Assembly (NCBI GenBank): GCA_035707385.1
Contig: DASSUD010000440.1
Coordinates: 1-43,160 of the forward strand
Source of the DNA: Acidimicrobiales bacterium
GTDB taxonomy: Bacteria > Actinomycetota > Acidimicrobiia > Acidimicrobiales > VFJN01
Reading direction: 5' to 3'
Length of the DNA: 43,160 nt
The notes beneath the pieces were generated by a model. The model was not told where the DNA came from. It saw nothing but the letters and a program-made list of their open reading frames with translations, and made no database searches. Position 1 is the stretch's first letter. The number at the start of each line of letters is the position of its first letter. A program made the position numbers and the translations under genes. Positions 25,784-32,499 of this stretch are shown one piece after another.

Positions 25784-26954
25784 GCGCCGCGACGGGCTTG
25801 GGCCCGATCTGGAGGCGGTCCTGGACGGCGGCCATCGGCGAGCACGCCTGGCAGCGCGAGCACCCCGCCTTGGCCGTCTCCGCACCGAGGCCGCGCTCGG
25901 TCAGGTAGGGCGTCACGCGGCGCACGAGGCGCTCGACGTAGTCGTGCGCCGGCGGTGACCACTCGGCCATGAGGCTGCCGGCCACCGGCCGCAGCGGCAC
26001 CACGAACGGGTACACGCCCATGTCGGCCGCCCGCCGGCACCCTTCCACCGTCAGCTCCGGGTCCTCGCCCATGCCGAGGATCACGTAGGTGGTGACCTGC
26101 CCCTCGCCGAAGCGCGGCACGGCGCGCTCCCAGGTACGGAAGTAACCCTCGATGCCCGTGCGGGCCTTCGCGGGCGCCACGCGGGCGAGCACGGCGGGAT
26201 CGAACGACTCGACGTGGATCCCGACGGTGTCGACGCCGAGGTCGGCCACCCGGTCGATCACGTCGAGATCCTCGGGCGGTTCGAACTGCGTCTCGACGGG
26301 CAGCCCGCTCGCCTGCTTCACCGCCGCGGCGCACTGGGCGACGTACAGCGCGCCACGGTCGGGGGCGCGGGTGCTGCCGGTCGTGAGGGTCACGTCGACC
26401 GCGCCGTCGAGGTCGCGGGCGGCGACGGCCACCTCGGCGAGCTGCGCCGGGGTCTTCTTCGCCGTGGTGCGACCGGCATCCAGCGAGACCCCGATACCGC
26501 AGAAGGCGCACTGGTCGTCGTTGCCCCAGTAGGCGCACGTCTGGAGCACCGTGCTCGCCAGCGAGTCCAGGTGCAGCAGGGCGATCTTCCAGTAGGGGAT
26601 CCCGTCGGCGGTGGTGAGGTCGTAGCAGCGCGGCCGGGTTTGCGAGCGGGCGGGCGCAACCCACTGTCCGGCCTCGTAGATGCCGACCTCGCTGCCGTCG
26701 GTCCGCAGTTCGAAGGGCGACGAGGCCGTCCGGGCCGGGTCGGTGTCGAGCGTGACCGCGTAGTCGTCGACCCAGACCATGCCGACGTCGGACGGGCCGG
26801 CGCCCCCGGCCCGGCCCTCGGTCTGCACCTCCGTCCGCAATCCGTGGGCCTGCAAACGGAGGATGAGTTCGGCGGTGTGTCGCTCCAACGCTGCCTCCAC
26901 TCCCGTGGGGGACGTGTCGGATATTACGACGACCACGGCGACCGCGCCCACCAT
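25776..26954 (-). CDS. radical SAM protein, MSMEG_0568-like
   Basis: 392 aa from MVGAV. Cys triad CAYWGNDDQCAFCG, GRAGGAGPSD near the N-terminus, and a C-terminal CSRCQAC. Genomic pairing with the GNAT. The exact start is uncertain. Confidence 0.8.
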   Translation of the reverse strand: MVGAVAVVVVISDTSPTGVEAALERHTAELILRLQAHGLRTEVQTEGRAGGAGPSDVGMVWVDDYAVTLDTDPARTASSPFELRTDGSEVGIYEAGQWVAPARSQTRPRCYDLTTADGIPYWKIALLHLDSLASTVLQTCAYWGNDDQCAFCGIGVSLDAGRTTAKKTPAQLAEVAVAARDLDGAVDVTLTTGSTRAPDRGALYVAQCAAAVKQASGLPVETQFEPPEDLDVIDRVADLGVDTVGIHVESFDPAVLARVAPAKARTGIEGYFRTWERAVPRFGEGQVTTYVILGMGEDPELTVEGCRRAADMGVYPFVVPLRPVAGSLMAEWSPPAHDYVERLVRRVTPYLTERGLGAETAKAGCSRCQACSPMAAVQDRLQIGPKPVAARG

Positions 26955-26964
26955 AGAGGACGGG

Positions 26965-27582
26965 TCAGGAAACGTCCGCCTGGAGCTCCTCCGCGACCCG
27001 TTCCCATTCCGCGGCGGTGCCGGCCGTGTGGACCGCTGCACCCGGGTCGGTCCGCAGTTCGCCGGTCGTGAGATCGACTCGCACCGCGGTCACGAGCAGG
27101 GCGGGCGCCCCGGTGGCCTGATCGCCACCCACCTCGGTCAGGATGGCCCAGCCCGACCCGACGTGCACTCTCAGCTCCGGCACGCGCGGGCCGAGCGATT
27201 CGGCGTGGACATCGGTCCACCCTGCACCCGCTGCCCGGGCTCGGCCGATCGCGGCCAGCCTCGCCAGCCGCCGCTCCTCTCCTGCCAGTTCGCGATCCCG
27301 TGCCGCGGCTGCGGATCCGAAGATGTCGTCCGGGTCGAGGCCCTGCGCACTCGTGCCCGTCGCATCGCACGCCTCCGCCACTTGCTCGACCGCCCGCGCT
27401 TGGCAGGCGAGGAGGTCAGCGGCCGTGGTGGTCACCTCCCGCAACTGCTCGCAGGTCGCGGCGACCAGCACCAGGGCCCGCTGGTAGCCGTCGACGTTGG
27501 TCATCGCCAGGGGGTACAGGCGTGCCTCGGCGGCCCGCCACGACTGGCGGGCGCGCACGACGGCATCGTCGCTCATCGACAC
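26965..27582 (-). CDS. hypothetical protein (205 aa), first gene of the radical SAM/GNAT operon
   Basis: High GC3, 10-nt gap to the radical SAM start, no motif recognised. An alternative ATG lies at 27576. Confidence 0.55.
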   Translation of the reverse strand: MSMSDDAVVRARQSWRAAEARLYPLAMTNVDGYQRALVLVAATCEQLREVTTTAADLLACQARAVEQVAEACDATGTSAQGLDPDDIFGSAAAARDRELAGEERRLARLAAIGRARAAGAGWTDVHAESLGPRVPELRVHVGSGWAILTEVGGDQATGAPALLVTAVRVDLTTGELRTDPGAAVHTAGTAAEWERVAEELQADVS

Positions 27583-27655
27583 CCTCGATTGACCATCCTG
27601 GAGGTGATGTCTACTATCCTCAACGTTCCGCTAAGCCAGCCAGCGAGGTGACGGG

Positions 27656-28621
27656 GTGGGTGGTCGTGCCCTCATCGCCCTGGGAGGCAACGCGTTGTCC
27701 GGCGCCGACCAGATGGGCACCTACGCAGAGCAGCGCGACAACGCACGCGCCATGGCCACGTCGATCGGCGAGCTTATCGACGCCGGTTGGCACGTCGCAG
27801 TGGTGCATGGCAACGGCCCCCAGGTCGGAGCCCTCGAGGTGCAGCAGGAGGCCGCGGCAACCCTCGTGCCCCCGCAACCTCTGTTCTCCCTCTCCGCCAT
27901 GACGCAGGGCCACCTCGGCAGCCTCATCGCGCTCGCTCTCCACGAGCGCCTCGGCCGGCGTCACAAGGTTGTGAGCGTGGTGACCCACGTGGTCGTCCAC
28001 GTTGACGACCCGGCGTTCGCCGAGCCGTCGAAGCCGATCGGGCCGTTCTACGCCGCGGGCGACGCCCGCCGGTTGTCGGCGGAGAGGGGCTGGACGATGG
28101 CCGAGGACGCGGGCCGGGGATACCGGCGCGTGGTGCCCTCGCCGGAGCCCCTCGGTATCCTCGAGGCCGACACGATCCGTCGGATCTTCGATGCCGGCCT
28201 CGTCGTCATCGCCTGCGGCGGAGGCGGTGTGCCGGTGACGCTGAGCGTCGACGGCTACGTGGGAGTCGACGCGGTCGTCGACAAGGACCTCGCCGCCCAA
28301 CGGCTGGCGTCCACGCTGGGAATCGACGTGCTCGCGCTGGTGACCAGCGTGCCGGCGGTCCAGCTCGGCCACGGCACGCCCCGGCAGCACGACCTTCACG
28401 AGCTGAACGTCGACGACGCCGAGCGCTACCTCGCCGACGGTCAGTTCGCGGCGGGGAGCATGGCACCGAAGATCGCCGCTGCCATCCGCTTCATCCGCGA
28501 CGGCGGCGACGCCGTGGCCATCACCACCCCCGCACTGCTGGCCTCGACCATGACTGGGTCGGACGGGCGACCCGCGGGAACCCTGGTCACCGCCACGCCG
28601 AGTCGTCAGGTCAGTCCCTGA
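27656..28621 (+). CDS. carbamate kinase
   Basis: IALGGNAL...VVHGNGPQVG...VIACGGGGVP...VDAVVDKDLA are carbamate kinase (amino acid kinase family) signatures. Confidence 0.85.
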   Translation: MGGRALIALGGNALSGADQMGTYAEQRDNARAMATSIGELIDAGWHVAVVHGNGPQVGALEVQQEAAATLVPPQPLFSLSAMTQGHLGSLIALALHERLGRRHKVVSVVTHVVVHVDDPAFAEPSKPIGPFYAAGDARRLSAERGWTMAEDAGRGYRRVVPSPEPLGILEADTIRRIFDAGLVVIACGGGGVPVTLSVDGYVGVDAVVDKDLAAQRLASTLGIDVLALVTSVPAVQLGHGTPRQHDLHELNVDDAERYLADGQFAAGSMAPKIAAAIRFIRDGGDAVAITTPALLASTMTGSDGRPAGTLVTATPSRQVSP

Positions 28622-28632
28622 CCCCCGGCGCC

Positions 28633-30168
28633 ATGGTCGCTGGAGTGCGCGTCCTGCGCGACCGCTATGTCGACTCGGTCCAGTTGCTGGCGATCACGCG
28701 CCGGATGCGTCAGTCTGAGGGCGTCGACTTCGCCGCTGCGCTGATGGGGACGCCGGCCAACCTGGAGGCGCTCGAGGAGCAAGGGGTCGGCGGCGAGGCG
28801 CTGTCGGCGGGCCCCAACGACCTCGTGCTCGCGGCGCGGGCAGGGGATGCCGCGCAGGCGGACGGCGCGCTCGAAGAAGCCGAGCAGGCGCTGTCTCCCA
28901 CGCGTTCGGCCGCGATCGCACCGGCTGAGCGCTCGCCCCGGTCCCTGCAGGCCGTCCTCGACGGGCCCGACGATCCGAACGTCGCCATCGTGTCGGTGGC
29001 CGGCGAGTACGCCGCGCTCGAAGCGCACAAGGCGCTCTCCGCCGGGCTGCACGTCCTGCTGTTCAGCGACAACGTGAGCATGGACGAGGAGATCGCGCTG
29101 AAGGAGCACGCCGCGGCTGTCGGCCGGCTGGTGATGGGGCCCGGCGCCGGTACCGCCAGCCTCGGGGGTTGCGGCCTCGGCTTCGCCAACGCCGTCGTGC
29201 CCGGGCGCGTCGGCGTGGTTGCTGCCGCCGGTACCGGGGCGCAGGAGGTCATGGCCCTGCTGGACCGCTGGGGCGAGGGGGTGTCCCACGTGATCGGCGT
29301 GGGCGGCCGCGACCTGTCCCGGCAGGTTTCCGGGCGCAGCGCGCGGCTGGCGATGCAGGCTCTCGCCCGTGACCCGGGCACGGACGTGATCGTGCTGGTG
29401 TCCAAACCCCCGTCTCCCGACGTCGCACGCGAGGTCGTGGCCGCGGGCGGGGCGAAGCCGGTGATCGCGGCGCTGATCGGACTGGCGCCCGACACGCCGG
29501 TGCCGGGGGCTGCGGCGGTGGCGACCACCCTCGAGGGCGCCGCGGCTCACGCCGTGACGCAACGCGGGGGATCCCCACCCTCCGACTGGTCGGAATGGCG
29601 GTCGCACATCGCCATCAGCCTCGTCGACCTCGATCCGGCGCGCCGCACCGTGCGAGGGCTCTTCTCGGGCGGGACGCTGTGCTACGAGGCGCAGACGCTG
29701 CTGCAGCAACGGCTCGGGGACGTGTGGTCGAACGCGCCGCTGGACGAGCGCCGCCAGGTGCCCGCGCCCGCGGGCGCCCACCTGTGCCTCGACCTCGGTG
29801 AGGAGGAGTACACGAAGGGACGGCCCCATCCGATGATCGACGCCGAGGCTCGCCTCGGGGTGCTGGCCGAGGCGGGCGACGATGACGAGGTGGCGGTGGT
29901 GCTGCTGGACGTGGTGCTGGGCTACGGGGGGCACGACGACCCGGCGTCGGTGCTCGCGCCCGCGTGCGCGGCCGTGGCACGGCCCGAGGGCCCCCGAGTC
30001 GTGGTCTACGTCCTCGGCACCGACGGGGATCCGCAAGGCCTGGCGCCTCAGCGCCGGGCGTTCGAAGAGGCCGGCTGCCTCGTGGCGCCCACGGCCGCCC
30101 GGGCTGCGCTCGGGGCCGCCGCGATCGCGGGGCGCCAGCCCCAGATCGTCGTGGCGGACCTGTCGTGA
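28633..30168 (+). CDS. FdrA family protein (succinyl-CoA-synthetase-alpha-like)
   Basis: 511 aa. N-terminal RDRYVDSVQLLAITRRM...AALMGTPANLEAL and CoA-ligase-like GPGAGTA.. / AAAGTGAQEV segments. Confidence 0.75.
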   Translation: MVAGVRVLRDRYVDSVQLLAITRRMRQSEGVDFAAALMGTPANLEALEEQGVGGEALSAGPNDLVLAARAGDAAQADGALEEAEQALSPTRSAAIAPAERSPRSLQAVLDGPDDPNVAIVSVAGEYAALEAHKALSAGLHVLLFSDNVSMDEEIALKEHAAAVGRLVMGPGAGTASLGGCGLGFANAVVPGRVGVVAAAGTGAQEVMALLDRWGEGVSHVIGVGGRDLSRQVSGRSARLAMQALARDPGTDVIVLVSKPPSPDVAREVVAAGGAKPVIAALIGLAPDTPVPGAAAVATTLEGAAAHAVTQRGGSPPSDWSEWRSHIAISLVDLDPARRTVRGLFSGGTLCYEAQTLLQQRLGDVWSNAPLDERRQVPAPAGAHLCLDLGEEEYTKGRPHPMIDAEARLGVLAEAGDDDEVAVVLLDVVLGYGGHDDPASVLAPACAAVARPEGPRVVVYVLGTDGDPQGLAPQRRAFEEAGCLVAPTAARAALGAAAIAGRQPQIVVADLS

Positions 30169-31319
30169 GACCGGTCGGGCTGGTCACGTACTCCACCAAG
30201 CCGCGCGGCGGGGTGGTGCACCTGCTGGCGCTGGCCGAGGCGCTGGCGAGGCGCTCGTTCCCTGTCGAGGTCATCGCCCTCGGCGATGAGAAGGTCGGGT
30301 TCTATCGCCCAGTCGCGGTGCCGTGCTCCTTCGTCGCCGCCCCTGAGCCGGCCCCCGAGCTCGAGGCGAGGGTGTTCGCTGCGATCGATGCGCTGGCGGC
30401 GGGGCTGGGGGCGCGAGCGGGAGCGCTGCCCCCGGTGCTGCACGTGCAGGACTGCATCGCCGCCCGGGCCGCCCTCCGCGTGCGCGATGCGGGCGCGCCT
30501 TTACGCGTCGTGCGCACGGTGCACCACGTCGACGACTTCACCACGCCCGCGCTGGTCGACTGCCAACGCAGGTCGATCCTCGATCCCGATCGCGTGCTGG
30601 TCGTCAGCCGGACCTGGCAGAAGCGGCTCGCCGACGAGTACGGCGTCAAGGCCGACGTGGTGACGAACGGCGTCGACGTCGATCGCTTCGCCGCGGCCCC
30701 GCCCCCGGGGGTCGCCGCTGCCCTGCGCGCCCGCGCCGGCGCGGAGGGGCGGTTCCTCATCCTGACGGTGGGCGGCATCGAGCCCCGCAAGGGCACCGAC
30801 CAGCTGTTCCGGGCGCTGTCGCGCCTGCGCCGGCGCTGGGCTCGTCCGCCGGTGCTCGCCATCATCGGCGGCCACTCGTTTCAGGACCACACCCCCTACC
30901 GCGAAGGTGTCATCGCCTCGATGGCGGACCTCGACCTCGAGTTCGGCCGGGATGTGGTGCTCGTGGGCACGGTGCCCGACGACGAGATCGCGGCCTGGTA
31001 CCACGCCGCCGACGCCTTCGCGTTCCCGTCCGTCACTGAGGGCTTCGGTCTCGTCGTGCTGGAGGCGATGGCCTCCGGCCTTCCGGTCGTGCTCACCCGC
31101 CTGCCGGTGTTCGCCGAGTACGTACGCTTCGGCGAGGACGCGCTCGCCGTGGCTCCGGGCGACGACGAGGGGCTCGCCGACGCGTTGGACGCCGTCGCCC
31201 GCGACGGCGACCTGCAGGCGACGCTGCGCCGGAGGGGGCGCGCCCTGGCGGCGAGGTTCAGTTGGGACGCTACGGCACAGCAGCACATCGCCATCTACGA
31301 CGACCTGCACACGAGCTGA
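30165..31319 (+). CDS. GT4 glycosyltransferase, MSMEG_0565-like
   Basis: 384 aa. YSTKPRGGVVHLLALAEAL near the N-terminus and the EGFGLVVLEAMASGLPVV GT-B (GT4) motif. The GTG start overlaps the FdrA stop (GTGA). Confidence 0.8.
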   Translation: MRPVGLVTYSTKPRGGVVHLLALAEALARRSFPVEVIALGDEKVGFYRPVAVPCSFVAAPEPAPELEARVFAAIDALAAGLGARAGALPPVLHVQDCIAARAALRVRDAGAPLRVVRTVHHVDDFTTPALVDCQRRSILDPDRVLVVSRTWQKRLADEYGVKADVVTNGVDVDRFAAAPPPGVAAALRARAGAEGRFLILTVGGIEPRKGTDQLFRALSRLRRRWARPPVLAIIGGHSFQDHTPYREGVIASMADLDLEFGRDVVLVGTVPDDEIAAWYHAADAFAFPSVTEGFGLVVLEAMASGLPVVLTRLPVFAEYVRFGEDALAVAPGDDEGLADALDAVARDGDLQATLRRRGRALAARFSWDATAQQHIAIYDDLHTS

Positions 31320-31499
31320 CCGGTGCCGCGAGGGGGAGACGACGTCTCGGGGCCTCGACCCCGCAGACCGACGGCCGCCGCTGGTGGATCATGGGCCCAC
31401 TTTCGCCACAGATCAGCGCGTTGGCCGAACAAGATGTGCGCGGTGCGCCGAGATCGCGCGTGGATGGAGACGCGCGGGCACCGGTCCTGCGAACGCCTC

Positions 31500-31539
31500 G
31501 CCAACCATGATCCGGCCACATGGAGATCAATGCGTGCCA
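31500..31539 (+). repeat. island-end conserved block, copy A
   Basis: gccaaccatgatccggccacatggagatcaatgcgtgcca aligns with 42842-42882 at 33 of 41 columns (one 1-nt gap). Both copies lie 44-57 nt upstream of a tRNA-half repeat. Confidence 0.5.
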
Positions 31540-31595
31540 GGAGGGACCTGCTGCGGCGCCTAGGCCGTGGTAGACGACCCCCCAGCGTGCCGCTC

Positions 31596-31637
31596 TACAA
31601 GGCAGATGTCGGGGGTTCGAGTCCCGCCGCGCCCACC
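31596..31637 (+). repeat. copy 2 of the tRNA-Val 3'-half repeat (diverged, attR-like junction between islands)
   Basis: tacaaggcagatgtcgggggttcgaGtcccGccgcgcccacc: 40/42 identical to 11845-11886. The two changes fall in the T-loop and T-stem, so it is not a functional tRNA. Confidence 0.8.
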
Positions 31638-31883
31638 GAGTGCCTGCAGTCATCTGCGGTGATGCGTCGTCGGCCCGCCAACCCGAAACCACGTGACAGG
31701 GCTTCGAGCCACGGCTGTCCCGTTGTTCGATCTGCCGCGCACCTTGCGTGCCGCGCCGAACAACATCGCTGAACACAGGCTGTTGTTCGTCGACCCGGGC
31801 TGCCTGGCGGGCCAGGGCTCGCCCGGCGTGGTCGGCCAACATGACCAGGCGCGGATCGGCAGTAGCGCCGTCGGCGTCGCCGG

Positions 31884-32045
31884 TCATGGCCTGCCCATAT
31901 GGAGCACGAAGTCGATCAGCTCGTCGAGGTGCTCGGCGACAGTCAACGGGTCGGTCGTCACCTTCACCCGCCTCCACGCGTAGTGCTCGTCGAAGAATTC
32001 GCGCTGACTCGCCGGCGGGCCGTAGCGGACGTTCACGCTGAGCAC
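31884..32045 (-). CDS. small hypothetical ORF (about 50-53 aa)
   Basis: High GC3. Reads (VLS)VNVRYGPPASQREFFDEHYAWRRVKVTTDPLTVAEHLDELIDFVLHMGRP*. Its stop overlaps a following ATG (ATGA at 31884-31887). Below the ORF-track length cutoff. Confidence 0.25.
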   Translation of the reverse strand: MLSVNVRYGPPASQREFFDEHYAWRRVKVTTDPLTVAEHLDELIDFVLHMGRP

Positions 32046-32075
32046 TTGGGGTTCACCGCCCGTCGAGCGCTTCGC

Positions 32076-32315
32076 TCAGTGGCGCGCCATGGCCCGCACG
32101 TCGTCGAGGCGCGGGTCGAGCGCCTTTGGGTCACTGGGATCGAGGAGACAGATCGGTCCCGTCTCGTGCCGTTCGACCCTGCCCTCGAAACCGATGATCT
32201 GCTCTGGCTGCCCGGGACCGCCGCCTGTGATGCGGTCGAGGTTGCGGTCGATCGCCTGGCCGTACTCGTGGATGCGCGGGTGACGGTCCTCTCGATCGAA
32301 GATGACACTGAGCAT
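32076..32315 (-). pseudogene. gene fragment (79-aa ORF, probably the 3' part of a frameshifted gene)
   Basis: MLSVIFDREDRHPRIHEYGQAIDRNLDRITGGGPGQPEQIIGFEGRVERHETGPICLLDPSDPKALDPRLDDVRAMARH*. Protein-like sequence continues upstream in another frame (HMLADPTDHHGVHLNAGISTITDADA). Confidence 0.35.
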
Positions 32316-32499
32316 CGGCGTCGGTGATGGTCGAGATGCCGGCGTTGAGGTGCACACCGTGGTGGTCGGTGGGGTCGGCGAGCATGTGGCCGGGAGACGG
32401 CCTGCTTTGTCACCACGGTCTGTGGTTGAATGTCGGCGCGGCGGAAGTTGACGGTGGATCGAGCCCTTCGCCAGTAGCGCCAGTGGACGGGAGGCGCGC

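Larger units (their letters stand above)
11885..31637. mobile_element. putative degenerate tRNA-Val-integrated genomic island A (no integrase seen)
   Basis: Bounded by the intact tRNA-Val 3' end and a displaced partial copy of the same tRNA half. The cargo is accessory metabolism. The tRNA-proximal ~680 bp lack intact genes. Confidence 0.55.

Noticed and set aside
31339-31351. 13-nt palindrome GAGACGACGTCTC just after the glycosyltransferase stop
   Set aside because: It is too short with a 1-nt centre to be a stable terminator hairpin. It is isolated, with no second copy, so it could be chance in GC-rich sequence.
31270-31977. 235-aa minus-strand ORF crossing tRNA-half repeat copy 2
   Set aside because: Coding character (GC3, composition) fades after the first ~40-70 codons, and the ORF runs through the att-like repeat into non-coding DNA. 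At most its 5' part is a real or truncated gene.
11885-32490. Search for integrase, excisionase or transposase genes next to the att-like repeats
   Set aside because: I found no R-H-R-Y-type recombinase motifs, serine-recombinase motifs or DDE-like ORFs in any frame of 11885-12563 or 31320-32490. This is by-eye only, so short remnants cannot be excluded.
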